DNA of 64,000 nt from contig CAZPSH010000006.1 in the NCBI GenBank assembly GCA_964589625.1, positions 21,922-85,921 of the forward strand. The letters run 5' to 3'. Position 1 is the stretch's first letter. Each line of letters begins with the position of its first letter. Below, one piece after another: positions 26,305 to 37,281 of this stretch. Source of the DNA: an uncultured Thermoanaerobaculia bacterium. GTDB taxonomy: Bacteria; Acidobacteriota; UBA4820; DSQY01. The position numbers and the translations under genes are program-made. A model generated the notes under the pieces. That model worked only from the letters and a program-made list of their open reading frames with translations. It did no database searches and was not told the DNA's origin.

Positions 26305-26357
26305 CCCCGGCCATCCGGCGGCGCTTGCCTACGTTGCTGGCAGGCGAGGAGGGGCTC
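26305..26357 (-). repeat. Exact 53-nt duplicate of the tRNA-Trp 3' end (20 nt) plus 33 nt of its 3' flank
   Basis: CCCCGGCCATCCGGCGGCGCTTGCCTACGTTGCTGGCAGGCGAGGAGGGGCTC occurs at 26305-26357 and at 26562-26614; the sequences in between and beyond have diverged. Confidence 0.6.
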
Positions 26358-26594
26358 CCCTTTGGGCGGGCGGGGTGTCCCCTCCCGCCCAACGCTCGGC
26401 TGGGCCAAGCCCACCCTCGCGGGACAAGCTTCGATGACGCCCTCGGGCTCGGCCTCGCGGCCCACCCTCCCCTCCTGCGAAGAACCCCTTCGCCGGAAGG
26501 TCAGCGCCTTCCTCGCTCGTCCGGGCTTCTCGCCCCTCGTCACCTCTCTTTCCTTCATCGCCCCCGGCCATCCGGCGGCGCTTGCCTACGTTGC

Positions 26595-26670
26595 TGGCAG
26601 GCGAGGAGGGGCTCGAACCCCCAACCCCCGGTTTTGGAGACCGGTGCTCTACCAGTTGAGCTACTCGCCT
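26595..26670 (-). tRNA. tRNA-Trp (anticodon CCA)
   Basis: Manual fold: acceptor AGGCGAG/CTCGCCT, anticodon loop CTCCAAA, T-loop TTCGAGC; lies between rpmG and secE as in the E. coli layout. Confidence 0.85.
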
Positions 26671-26677
26671 GCGGGGG

Positions 26678-26828
26678 TCTACTTCACCTCTTTGTGGGCC
26701 TGGTGGGAGCGGCAGAACGGGCAGTACTTCCGCACCTCCAGTTTCCCCTGCTGCTTCTTCTTGTTCTTCGTCGTCGTGTAATTGCGGCGCTTGCACGCCG
26801 TGCACTGCAAATGAATGATGTCGCGCAT
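26678..26828 (-). CDS. rpmG: 50S ribosomal protein L33
   Basis: 49-aa [52 protein letters not shown] (zinc-ribbon Cys4), too short for the supplied ORF track; coordinates are +/-1 nt. Confidence 0.8.
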
Positions 26829-26831
26829 GTC

Positions 26832-28031
<1,200 letters not shown>

Positions 28032-28111
28032 GACCGCTTCTCCGCCGATGTCATTCGACCTAAACGGACCCGCCGTCGCCGCGACGGCTCGGTCCCATGA
28101 ACGATCCTGAA

Positions 28112-28187
<76 letters not shown>

Positions 28188-28321
28188 CCTCGTGCCGTTA
28201 GTAGGCGAGTCCGTGAGTACGTGAGTAGGGCAACGATCTCTGCCCCAGCGCCGGACTCGGTTTTACTCCCCTACTCCCCTACTCTCCTACTCACCTACTC
28301 ACCTACTCTCCTACTTTGGTA

Positions 28322-28347
28322 TTGGAGCGGGCGACGGGATTCGAACC
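28322..28347 (-). repeat. Duplicate of the 3'-terminal 26 nt of tRNA-Gly (att-like direct repeat or pseudo-tRNA fragment)
   Basis: TTGGAGCGGGCGACGGGATTCGAACC is identical to the tRNA-Gly 3' end 220 bp away; the upstream part lacks D and anticodon arms. Confidence 0.6.
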
Positions 28348-28567
28348 TACGGGCGCTAGGGGCCTCGCTCGCGTCGGAGTCCGCTCGCTCCGTCCCAAGC
28401 GCCCCTACGGTTCCCGGGGTGGGTCCCTCGGCTTGCCCCGCCCCGCTACGAACGCTCGCTCTTCGCTCCCGTTCTCGCCGCGGGCCTACGCCGTGTCCCA
28501 CCCTTCGAATCCCTGCTCTCTCGCTCCCTTCTTGCCGTGTTTCTCTGTTTCCCTGCTTCCATCCTTT

Positions 28568-28643
28568 TGGAGCGGGCGACGGGATTCGAACCCGCGACCC
28601 TCAGCTTGGAAGGCTGATGCTCTACCAGCTGAGCTACACCCGC
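28568..28643 (-). tRNA. tRNA-Gly (anticodon TCC)
   Basis: Manual fold: acceptor GCGGGTG/CGCCCGC, anticodon loop CTTCCAA. Confidence 0.85.
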
Positions 28644-28695
28644 CCGTTCTTGCCGGACTCCCCCCCGGGGGGACATCCGCTCGCCGTCGAATAAG

Positions 28696-28782
<87 letters not shown>

Positions 28783-28855
28783 ACCAGGAGTCTGTGGGCC
28801 TGCGGCCCGGCTTCCGGTCATCGCGGCCAAGGTCGGGTTTCGTTTCCCGGCCCTT

Positions 28856-28930
28856 TGGAGCCGATGAGAGGACTTGAACCTCCAACCAACGGATTACAAA
28901 TCCGCTGCTCTACCGTTGAGCTACATCGGC
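28856..28930 (-). tRNA. tRNA-Thr (anticodon TGT)
   Basis: Manual fold: acceptor GCCGATG/CATCGGC, anticodon loop TTTGTAA. Confidence 0.8.
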
Positions 28931-28963
28931 GTGTCCGGCACACATCCGCCGGACAGCCGGAGT

Positions 28964-28992
28964 AATTTACCACATTCCGATCCCCCGTGCAA
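28964..28992 (-). promoter_or_regulatory. sigma70-like promoter of the tRNA-tuf operon (TTGCAC, 17 nt, TAAATT)
   Basis: Read on the minus strand about 35 nt upstream of tRNA-Thr(TGT). Confidence 0.4.
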
Positions 28993-29020
28993 GTCCCAGG
29001 GGGATTCCCCCCTTAGGGGA

Positions 29021-29060
29021 GCGTAGGAAAAGAAGGAAGCCCCGGGTTTCCCCGGGGCTT
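29021..29060 (-). terminator. Intrinsic terminator downstream of the TonB-dependent receptor gene
   Basis: Perfect hairpin GAAGCCCCGGG-TTTC-CCCGGGGCTTC followed on the minus strand by CTTCTTTTCC. Confidence 0.5.
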
Positions 29061-29081
29061 CCGATGCGCGAGACGTGTGGT

Positions 29082-32000
29082 TTAGAAGGTCCAGCGAAGG
29101 GCGAGCCGGACCCGGCGCGCCACCTGGTGGCCGGTTTCCATCTTGAAGTAGTCGTACGTCTGAACGTTATCCGTGTTCAGCGTGTTGTAGGTCTGGTCCA
29201 CGGACGTGGTGCGCTGCTCGTTGGTCACGTTGAAGATGTCGGCGCGCAGGGCCAGGTTGGACTTCCAGAGTTTGAAGGTGTACTGGGCGCCCAGGTCGAG
29301 TTGCCAGGTGTTGGGCATGCGACCGGCGGTGCCGCGCGGCGTGCAAAAGCCCTCGTTCACGCCGTAGGCGTCGTCGGCGCCGAGCTTGGAGATCGGACGG
29401 CCGCTCTGGAGGGTGAAGGAGCCGGACAGCTCGAGGGGGATGTTCTCGAAGAAGTACCCGCCGTAGACCTTCAGAACGTGGGTGCGGTCGTTGGGCAGCA
29501 GGCCGTAGCCGTTCTGAAGCAGGGAGGGGATGTCGTACTTGGAGGTGATGTTCGGGTCGAGCTGGCCGTTGTCGTTGGAGAAGAGGCCTTCGTAGTTGCC
29601 CTTCAGGCGGCTGAGCACGTATGAGCCCTGCAGCATCCAGTGGTTGCTGAAGCGCTTGTCGGCGGTCAGCTCGAGGGCCTTGTAGATGCGGGTGGGCTTG
29701 GGGAACTTGTAGCGGAACCCAGGGCGGCCCAGGGCGTCGGGAACCCACACGCCCGTCCACTTGTCGGGGTTCGTCACGATGTAGGTCGAAGCGCCGTCCA
29801 CCGAGATGTCCTCGATGGCCCGGCCCAGGGTGCGGTAGATGGCCCGGGCGCCCACCGAAAAGTCGGGGCGCACCTCGTACTGGAAGCCGAGGATCGTCTC
29901 GTTGTTGTAGGAGCCCTTTAGGCTGCCACCGCCGGGACCGCCCGTGATCTGGGTGGGATAGAGGCCGTAGGTGCCGCTCCAGGCCTGGGGCACGGTGAGG
30001 GCGGGATCATAGAAGGTCAGGAAGTGGAAGTACTCGTCCGTCAGGGCGCGGATGGCCAGGTCGTTGGGGATGCGCTCGTAGTACTGGCCCCAGAAGCCGT
30101 AGAGCTTGCTCTTGCTGTTGTGGGCCACGTCCCACGTGAAGCCGATGCGGGGCGCCCACATGTCGTTGATGTTGACCTTGCGCGCCTTGCCGTTGGCCAT
30201 GTCGGGGGAGGCGAAGGTGGAGGGCACGTTGATGGAGTTGTCGCCGCCCTCCATGTGGATCTGGTCGAGGCGGACGCCCACCTTCAGCATGAAGTAGTCG
30301 GTGATGTTCCAGTTGTTCTGGGCCCAGTAGGCGTAGTACTTCTGGGTCGTCTCCTTGGACTGGTTGTTCATGAAGCCCTGGGCCCGGTAGTACATCTTCA
30401 TCCGGTCACCGGCGTCGACGAGGCCGTTGCCGTTGTAGTCCCACCAGCGGGGGTCGAAACGGACCACCACGCCGCCGGGCGTCGTGCGGCCGAAGAAGGG
30501 GGAGCTGCTAACCACGTCGTGGAGGCCCGGGCCCGTGTAGTTGAAGTTGTAGTCGTACTGGATATCGTAGTACTGGAAGCCGTAGGACAGCTCGTGGCGG
30601 CCGTGGAAGTTGAAGAGGTGGGTGGCCTTGAAGCGGAGCTGGTCGTTGATGTCCTTGGTGTACTGGTAGCTGCGGCCGCCCAAAGAGGGCCCATAGCTGA
30701 GAAGGTTCAGGGACTGAGCGGGAGCCCACAGCTTATAGGGAAGTCCGTAGGGAGCATAGTCCGAATACAGGAACCAGTTGGCCGGATTGAGGGCCCCGCC
30801 GGTACCGGCGAGGTCCCAGTCCACGCCCGCCTGGCCCAGATTGGCCTGGGTGCTCACGTGCGGCGTCACCTGGTAGCCGGCGTAGGTGCCGGAACCGAAG
30901 CGGTAGTAATAGCCATAGCTGTTCATGGCCAGGGCGTTCTTCGGAACGGTCTCGTCCTTCGTGTGGCGGCGGGCCACGACCATCTCGGTGAAGAACTTGG
31001 GCGTCCAGGTGGCGTTCCACTGGAGGCTCACGGCGTAGTTGTCGGTCTTGTCCTGAAAGGGGGACGCCGTGGGATTGAAGTTCGCGAGGTTGGCGAAGCG
31101 GTCCACCTTTTGGTTGTTGCCGAACCAGGAGAAGCCCAGCTTGTGGTTGGGGCTCACGTTCCAGGTCAGCTTCAGGGCGTACTGGGGGTCCTTCTCGGTG
31201 TTCTCGTACCCCGTGGGCGCGGCCCAGGAGTAGGAGGGGCGACCGTTGAGGAGGACGTTTTCGTCGCCGCCGTTGGCGGTGAAGGACTGCTCGGTCTTGT
31301 TGTAGTCGTAGGCCACGAAGAACCAGAGCTTGTCCTTGATGAAGTAGCCGCCCAGGCTACCGCCGATGTCGTACTGCTTGAAGGACTTGCGGAAGTTGAC
31401 GATGGTGGGGTTCTTGAGCTTGCGCTCGGTGGCGCCCATTTCGTCGTCGAAGTAATACGCGAAGAGCGAGCCGTGAAACTCGTTGCCGCCGCTCTTGGTG
31501 ATGGAGTTGATGTTGCCGCCCATGAGGGCGCCGTACTCGGCGTCGAGACCGCCGGTCTTCACTTCGGTGGCCTCGATGAAGTCGAAGTTCAGCGCGGTCA
31601 GGTTGAGGGCGTCGCCCGAACCGGTCACGTCCACGCCGTTCACCGTGTAGGAGTTCTCGGGGCCCGACGCACCGCCGATAGAGGGCGTGTCGGCCAGACC
31701 CGAGGACACGGCGCCGGGGGCCAGGAAGGCGATGCCGGCGGAGTTACGGGCCAGCGGGATGGAGCTGATCATGGTGTCGGAGATGTTGGCGCCGACTTCG
31801 GTCCGCTTGGTGTCGATCACCGGGGCCGCCGCCGTGACCACGATCTCCGTCTTGCCCTGGCTCAGCGTGAAGGGCAGGCTGATGGTCGTGCCCAGGGGGA
31901 TATCGATGCCCTTGCGCACCACCGTGTTGTACCCGGGGGCCTCCACCTTCACCTGGTAGCCCTTGCCGACGGGCAGGAACGGGATGACGTACTGACCGTT

Positions 32001-32192
32001 CGTGTCCGAGGCCGTCCCCATGAAGCCCTGCACGCTGGGACCGCTCACCTGAATGGTGGCCCCGATCACCGGCTGCCCAGCCTCATCCGTCACCTTGCCC
32101 TGCATGCCGCCGCCCTGCTGGGCGAACACGGCAAAGCCCGTGAGGCTGAGCGCCAACACGGCCAGGGCACCCCACTTGAGTGCTTTCCTCAT
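29082..32192 (-). CDS. TonB-dependent outer membrane receptor with N-terminal carboxypeptidase-regulatory-like domain
   Basis: 1036 aa, signal peptide, CarboxypepD_reg-like beta-sandwich, plug and 22-strand barrel, C-terminal aromatic terminus ..LALRWTF. Confidence 0.8.
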   Translation of the reverse strand: MRKALKWGALAVLALSLTGFAVFAQQGGGMQGKVTDEAGQPVIGATIQVSGPSVQGFMGTASDTNGQYVIPFLPVGKGYQVKVEAPGYNTVVRKGIDIPLGTTISLPFTLSQGKTEIVVTAAAPVIDTKRTEVGANISDTMISSIPLARNSAGIAFLAPGAVSSGLADTPSIGGASGPENSYTVNGVDVTGSGDALNLTALNFDFIEATEVKTGGLDAEYGALMGGNINSITKSGGNEFHGSLFAYYFDDEMGATERKLKNPTIVNFRKSFKQYDIGGSLGGYFIKDKLWFFVAYDYNKTEQSFTANGGDENVLLNGRPSYSWAAPTGYENTEKDPQYALKLTWNVSPNHKLGFSWFGNNQKVDRFANLANFNPTASPFQDKTDNYAVSLQWNATWTPKFFTEMVVARRHTKDETVPKNALAMNSYGYYYRFGSGTYAGYQVTPHVSTQANLGQAGVDWDLAGTGGALNPANWFLYSDYAPYGLPYKLWAPAQSLNLLSYGPSLGGRSYQYTKDINDQLRFKATHLFNFHGRHELSYGFQYYDIQYDYNFNYTGPGLHDVVSSSPFFGRTTPGGVVVRFDPRWWDYNGNGLVDAGDRMKMYYRAQGFMNNQSKETTQKYYAYWAQNNWNITDYFMLKVGVRLDQIHMEGGDNSINVPSTFASPDMANGKARKVNINDMWAPRIGFTWDVAHNSKSKLYGFWGQYYERIPNDLAIRALTDEYFHFLTFYDPALTVPQAWSGTYGLYPTQITGGPGGGSLKGSYNNETILGFQYEVRPDFSVGARAIYRTLGRAIEDISVDGASTYIVTNPDKWTGVWVPDALGRPGFRYKFPKPTRIYKALELTADKRFSNHWMLQGSYVLSRLKGNYEGLFSNDNGQLDPNITSKYDIPSLLQNGYGLLPNDRTHVLKVYGGYFFENIPLELSGSFTLQSGRPISKLGADDAYGVNEGFCTPRGTAGRMPNTWQLDLGAQYTFKLWKSNLALRADIFNVTNEQRTTSVDQTYNTLNTDNVQTYDYFKMETGHQVARRVRLALRWTF

Positions 32193-32295
32193 ATGGTCAC
32201 CTCCATAACCTCTGAAGTTTTCGAAACCTCCTAAAACTCAAGGACTTACCCTCCTCCGCATCACCTCCTTTCCTACCAATGCCGCCAAGTTAATA

Positions 32296-32326
32296 GAAGA
32301 ATTCCACCGTGTCAACCCCCTGTGTC
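32296..32326 (-). promoter_or_regulatory. sigma70-like promoter (TTGACA, 17 nt, TAACTT) in an AT-rich island upstream of the receptor gene
   Basis: The 32193-32416 region is conspicuously AT-rich in a 68% GC genome; the motifs were read on the minus strand. Confidence 0.35.
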
Positions 32327-32416
32327 CTTTCCGACACAATCGGGGAATATGGCCCAGAAAAAGGGGATCCCGGTACCCCGGGGTCCCCGACGAGTCCCAA
32401 AGGAGCCAGGCCTGGT

Positions 32417-33846
32417 TTAGAAGGTCCATTTCACGCCGAGGCGGGCGTTCCGGCTGCCCTGGCGGCCGGAGGTCTTGCCCCAATTGAGGTCCCGGCGCAG
32501 GTTTCCGCTCGTGACGTCGGAGAGGTAGTCGGGAGTCTGGTAGTAGGTCTGGTACTTGTAGATGAAATGGGCGCCCAGGACCATGCCGAAGTCGAAGCGG
32601 TAGGAGCCCTGGATCTTGAGCTGGTGGCGGCGATCCTGGGGGAGCCAGCCGTACCGGTTGGCGTTGAGGATGACCTCGGGGATGTCGTAGGCGCTGGAGG
32701 CGCCGGGGTTGAGGCGGGCCACTGGTCGCCGGGGTTCATGATGATGTAGGAGATGCCGCCGTACGGGTCGATGTAGCCCATGTCCTCGATTACCCGGCCC
32801 AGTTCGCGGAAGACGCCGCGGAAGCCGAAGGTCAGGTCGGGCTTGATCTCGTACTCCAATCCGGCCACGAGCTCGTCTGTGTACTGGTTCTTGACGCCGT
32901 CGAGGATGGTCGTGGGGATGGCGCCGTAGGTGGAGCGGTACCAGAGGCTCTTGGGGTATCCGCGGTACACGTCCTGGTAGGTGGCGTGGCCGGGATCCAT
33001 GGAGTGCGCCATGGCGATGGGGAGGCGCTGGTAGAAGCGGCCCAGGTTGAGGAACATCTTGGAGCGGCCGTTCTTCATGAAGTCGTAGGAGATGCCCAGG
33101 CGCGGAGACCAGGAATCCAGGCACAACTGCTGCCCGCCGTTGCCGGGCTTGATCTCGTTCTTCTCGAAGCGCAGGCCGTAAGAAAGGGACAGGTTGTCGG
33201 TGACGGACCACTTGTCCTGGGCGAAGAGGGCCGTGTAGTAGCCCTTCTCGTTGTAATTGGGATTCTGGGCTCTCTGGATGATCCAGTAGTAGTAGTCGCC
33301 GGGCCTCGGCGTGGCGGGGTTGAGGCTCGCGAGGTTGTACTGCACGTACCAGAGCTGGCCGCCCGTGGAGGCACCGTACTCGGCGTCGAGGCCGCCGGTG
33401 GCCACATCCATCTCGCGGATGAAGTTGAAGTTCAGGTTCGTCCCGAAGGTCCCCGTGACGGGGTCCGTCGTGTTGAGCCCGTTCACCAGGAAGATGTTTT
33501 CCGAGCCGGTGGAGCCGGCCACGCCGGGGTTGCCGCCCATGCCGGATGTCACGACCGTGGGGGCCAGGTACAGGGTGTCCTGGTACTGGCGGCCGATGGG
33601 GATCCTCTCCATCTCTTCCTGGGTCAGGTTCGTGGAGATCTTGGTCTCCTTGAGGGAGACGGCGGACGGGCGGGCGGTGACCGTCACTTCCTCCCCGCCG
33701 CTCGTGAGCGTCACTTCCAGGGTGATCGTGCTGCCCAGGCGGATGGTGACGTTGGACTGGATGATCTTGTTGAAGCCCACGGCCTCCACGACCATGCGGT
33801 AGTCGTTGGCCGGGGGGAGGTGGGGGACGAGGAACTCGCCCTGCAC
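32417..33846 (-). pseudogene. Truncated and frameshifted paralog of the adjacent TonB-dependent receptor
   Basis: Homology starts at about residue 65 of the intact paralog (no signal peptide; only 72 nt to the serS stop). The reading frame switches near 32720-32760, where about 95 codons present in the paralog are missing. The C-terminus ..GVKWTF is recovered in another frame. Confidence 0.55.
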
Positions 33847-33917
33847 GTTGGACGCCGTGCCGCGGGGACCCTGAAGGAACTTGGACGTGGCTCCAGAGCG
33901 TATCTTGGGGCGGGCGG

Positions 33918-35204
33918 CTAGGACCCGTCAACCTCGATTGAGTCTTTTCCGCCACAGTAGGGGCGCAACACCCCGGGGATGCCCACCGATCCGTCGGGTC
34001 TCTGGAATTGTTCGAGGAGGGCCACGAAGGTCCGCCCCACGGCCAACCCGGACCCGTTCAGGGTGTGGACGAGCCTGGGCTTCCCGCCCCCCGCGGGCCG
34101 GTAGCGGATGTTGGCCCTTCGCGCCTGGAATTCCTCGAAGTTCGAGCAGGAGGAGATCTCCCGGAAACAGCCCTGGGAGGGCAGCCAGACCTCCAGGTCG
34201 TACGTCTTCGCGGAGGAGAAGGACATGTCGCCCGCGCAGAGGAGAACCCTGCGGTAGTGGAGCCCCAGGGCCTCCAGGACCGCCTCGGCGTGAGAGGTGA
34301 GGCGCTCCAGCTCGTCGTAGGACTCCTCCGGACGCGAGAACTTCACGAGTTCCACCTTGTGGAACTGGTGCTGGCGGATCATACCCTTCACGTCCTTGCC
34401 GTAGGAGCCCGCCTCGGATCGGAAACAGGGCGTGAAGGCGCAGTAGGAGAGCGGCAGGTCCGCCTCCTCCAGGATTTCATCCCGGTGCAGGTTGGTGACC
34501 GGGACTTCGGCCGTGGGGATGAGGTAAAAGTCCCCCCCGTCCACCTTGAACAGGTCGGCCTCGAACTTGGGGAGGTTCCCCGTTCCCACAAGGGCTTCCG
34601 GCCGGACGAGGTAGGGAGGGATCACCTCCGTGTACCCGTGGCGGTTGGCGTGAAGGTCGAGCATGAACGAGATGAGGGCCCTCTCCAGGAGGGCCCCCGC
34701 CCCCCGGTAGACCACGAAGCGGGAGCCCGACAGCTTGGCCGCCCTCTCGAAGTCGAGGATGCCCAGACGCACGCCGATCTCCTCGTGGGAGCGGATCGGG
34801 AAGTCCAGTCGCGGGGCCTCTCCCCACGTTTTCACCGCCACGTTGCCCGACTCGTCGGCCCCGTCGGGGACGGAGGCGTGCGGAACGTTGGGAATCCTCA
34901 GAAGCCGGCCCTGGATCTCCCCCTCGATCTCAAGGACACGCTTGTCCAGGGCCTGGATTTCGTCCCCTTGGGCCCGCGTTTCCGCCTGGAGGGCCGAGGT
35001 GTCCTCCCCCGATTTCTTCTGCTGTCCGATGCGGCGGCTCGCGTCGTTTCGGCGGGCCTTCAGGGCCTCCGCCCGCACGAGGATCTCCCGGCGGGCGGCG
35101 TCGAGTTCCAGGAGGGCGGCCACCTCTTCAGGCGCCACTCCCTTTCGGGCCAGGGCCGCCTGGAAGGCCTCGGGCGCGCTTCGGATGGCGTGCAGGTCCA
35201 GCAC
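33918..35204 (-). CDS. serS: Seryl-tRNA synthetase
   Basis: 428 aa, class II motifs, N-terminal coiled coil. Confidence 0.95.
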   Translation of the reverse strand: MLDLHAIRSAPEAFQAALARKGVAPEEVAALLELDAARREILVRAEALKARRNDASRRIGQQKKSGEDTSALQAETRAQGDEIQALDKRVLEIEGEIQGRLLRIPNVPHASVPDGADESGNVAVKTWGEAPRLDFPIRSHEEIGVRLGILDFERAAKLSGSRFVVYRGAGALLERALISFMLDLHANRHGYTEVIPPYLVRPEALVGTGNLPKFEADLFKVDGGDFYLIPTAEVPVTNLHRDEILEEADLPLSYCAFTPCFRSEAGSYGKDVKGMIRQHQFHKVELVKFSRPEESYDELERLTSHAEAVLEALGLHYRRVLLCAGDMSFSSAKTYDLEVWLPSQGCFREISSCSNFEEFQARRANIRYRPAGGGKPRLVHTLNGSGLAVGRTFVALLEQFQRPDGSVGIPGVLRPYCGGKDSIEVDGS

Positions 35205-35205
35205 G

Positions 35206-36123
35206 TCAGCGCCTTCTCTTGAGGAGGTCGAGTCCGGTGAGGATCGCCCGGCGGAGGCTCTCCGGGTCCGCCTGCCCCGTGCCCGCGATGTCGAAGGCGG
35301 GGCCGTGGTCCGGGGACGTCCGGAGGAAGGGCAGGCCCAGGGTGCAGTTGACCGCGTGGCCCTGGCTCATCATCTTGGCCGGGATCATCCCCTGGTCGTG
35401 GTAAAGGGCCACGGCGATCTTGTCCGGACCGTCGGGCCGGAGGAAGAGGCTGTCGGCGGGCACCGGACCGTCCACGGCCACGCCTTCGGCCAGCAGCGCC
35501 TCCACGGCGGGCTCCAGCACCTCCCGCTCCTCCCTTCCGAGGAGCCCTCCCTCTCCGGCGTGGGGATTGAGGCCCGCGATACGGAAGCTCGGCCAGGCGT
35601 TGAGCTGGCGATTCCAGGCCGTGGCCAGACCCCGCACGAAGTCCACCAGGGCCTCCTTCGTCAAAACCGACGGCACGTCGCGCACGGGGATGTGGGTGGA
35701 GAAGAGGGCCACGGGCATGACCCCCGTGAAGAACACCATGTAGGTGCGGCAGTGGAAGGACTGGGCGAAGTACTCCGTGTGGCCCGAAAAGGGGATGCCG
35801 CAGCGCCGGATGGCCTCCTTGGAGACCGGGCCCGTTACCAAGAGGTCCGCCTCTTTGCGCTCCATCCTCCGGCACGCCTCCTCCAGCGTCAGGAGCGAGA
35901 TCCTGCCGTTGTCGGGGTGGGGGCGCTTGTGGAACCGAAGCGCGGGCAGATCCACGTCGTCCCAGCGGACCCCCTCGGGTGCGCAGGCGACCGAGCGGAG
36001 CGGGCCGATGACGGTGATCTCGGCCGCCTGTTGAAGGTCCCCCGGCTGGAGGACGGACCAGAGGATCTCCGGACCGACCCCCCCGGGGTCTCCCGTCGTG
36101 ATGAGCACCCGTGGACGCGTCAT
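35206..36123 (-). CDS. pdxA: 4-hydroxythreonine-4-phosphate dehydrogenase
   Basis: About 306 aa from [20 protein letters not shown]; PdxA family motifs. Confidence 0.85.
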   Translation of the reverse strand: MTRPRVLITTGDPGGVGPEILWSVLQPGDLQQAAEITVIGPLRSVACAPEGVRWDDVDLPALRFHKRPHPDNGRISLLTLEEACRRMERKEADLLVTGPVSKEAIRRCGIPFSGHTEYFAQSFHCRTYMVFFTGVMPVALFSTHIPVRDVPSVLTKEALVDFVRGLATAWNRQLNAWPSFRIAGLNPHAGEGGLLGREEREVLEPAVEALLAEGVAVDGPVPADSLFLRPDGPDKIAVALYHDQGMIPAKMMSQGHAVNCTLGLPFLRTSPDHGPAFDIAGTGQADPESLRRAILTGLDLLKRRR

Positions 36124-36467
36124 GCCTCTCGCTCCTTGTAGATGTACTTGATGGCGTGCTTGTAGACGAGGAGGTTGGGCTCGCTCAGGCGGTGGACCTT
36201 CAGGCAGTCGCGGTCGTACCACTCGATCCAGCCGTGGAGCTCCTCCCCGTCGTTCAGAACCACCACCACGGGGGTCTTGGAGCCCATCTGCTTGAGGTAG
36301 TAGAAATTCTCGGCGTTCGTCTGCTCCGGCGGAACTTGCTTGCGCCGCGCCGAGGAAAAGGTGCCGGCGGGGAGGCTACCCCCCTCCTCCTCCTTCACTT
36401 CCCGGCCTTCGCGACGGTAGCTCTTGTAGTCGCGCAGATTGGGACGGATCAGCTTCCGGTCGGGCAT
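36120..36467 (-). CDS. Hfq-like Sm-fold RNA chaperone with about 50-aa basic N-terminal extension
   Basis: Sm1/Sm2 core FYYLKQMGSKTPVVVVLNDGEELHGWIEWYDRDCLKVHRLSEPNLLVYKHAIKYI aligns to the Hfq core (..[25 protein letters not shown]....MVYKHAIS..). Confidence 0.55.
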   Translation of the reverse strand: MPDRKLIRPNLRDYKSYRREGREVKEEEGGSLPAGTFSSARRKQVPPEQTNAENFYYLKQMGSKTPVVVVLNDGEELHGWIEWYDRDCLKVHRLSEPNLLVYKHAIKYIYKEREA

Positions 36468-36484
36468 GGTCGGCTCCTGGGAGA

Positions 36485-37153
36485 TCACTCTTCCGGCGCG
36501 GCGGTCTGAGGACCCTTTTTTCCCTTTGGGCACTCGTAGCGGAGACAGCACATGAGCCGGCCGCAGCGCCCCGAGATCTTGGAGGGATTCAGGCTCAGAC
36601 CCTGGTCCTTGGCCATGCGGATGGTGATCGGATAGAACTGCGAGAGGTGGGCGGAGCAGCAGAGGGGCCGCCCGCAGTGGCCGAACCCCCCAAGGAGCTT
36701 GGTCTCGTCCCGGACGCCCACTTGCCGCATTTCGATTCGGAGGTGGTACTGGTGCGCGAGGATTCGCACGAGTTCGCGGAAATCCACGCGGTTCTCGGCG
36801 GTGAACACGAAGAGGAGCCGGCTCTCGTCGAAGAGCATGTGGACCAGGACCACCTTCATTTCGAGGCGTAGGGTCCGGACCTGGTCCCTGCAGAAGATGA
36901 GGGCCTCGCGCTCGATCTGACGGTGCCGCTGCCGGCGTTTCGCGTCCTCCTCTGTGGCCGGCCGGATCACCGTTAGGATCTGGCCGGGAGGCAGGCTGGA
37001 CTCGAGGAAATTCCTCGATTCGAGCACTTCCGCGAGGGCGGGCCCGTATTCGGTCTGGACGATGCAGGGGGATCGCCGGACGAGGGGCGGCCCCTCGTGT
37101 CGGCCAAAGGCCGGCCTGGCCTGGTTTTCGAGCTGCAACTGGTACACGGCCAT
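36485..37153 (-). CDS. ricT: PSP1-domain protein RicT/YaaT family
   Basis: 222 aa; cysteine cluster GHCGRPLCCS ... RCGRLMCCLRYE typical of the PSP1 C-terminal domain. Confidence 0.75.
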   Translation of the reverse strand: MAVYQLQLENQARPAFGRHEGPPLVRRSPCIVQTEYGPALAEVLESRNFLESSLPPGQILTVIRPATEEDAKRRQRHRQIEREALIFCRDQVRTLRLEMKVVLVHMLFDESRLLFVFTAENRVDFRELVRILAHQYHLRIEMRQVGVRDETKLLGGFGHCGRPLCCSAHLSQFYPITIRMAKDQGLSLNPSKISGRCGRLMCCLRYECPKGKKGPQTAAPEE

Positions 37154-37281
37154 TCGGGTCCAACCCCCCTGACAGGGGCACCATAGGTCAGCCGGGGGGC
37201 CAAGTCAAGGTCCGCGGGGCGCGCGGCCGGCGCCCATGGCGCGCAGGCCCGGGGCCGCGTCCGTTCCGGGCGGACCGCTCC

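Noticed and set aside
28322-28561. Possible additional tRNA gene between tRNA-Thr(GGT) and tRNA-Gly
   Set aside because: Only the 3' 26 nt matches tRNA-Gly. The upstream part is too short and cannot form D and anticodon arms (one T-stem mismatch, no acceptor partner). Treated as a fragment or repeat, not a gene.
32417-33955. Intact second TonB-dependent receptor gene (512-aa ORF in the track)
   Set aside because: The N-terminal 350 residues of that frame are Arg/Pro/Gly-rich nonsense. Real homology is split across two frames and lacks a signal peptide, so it is called a pseudogene instead.
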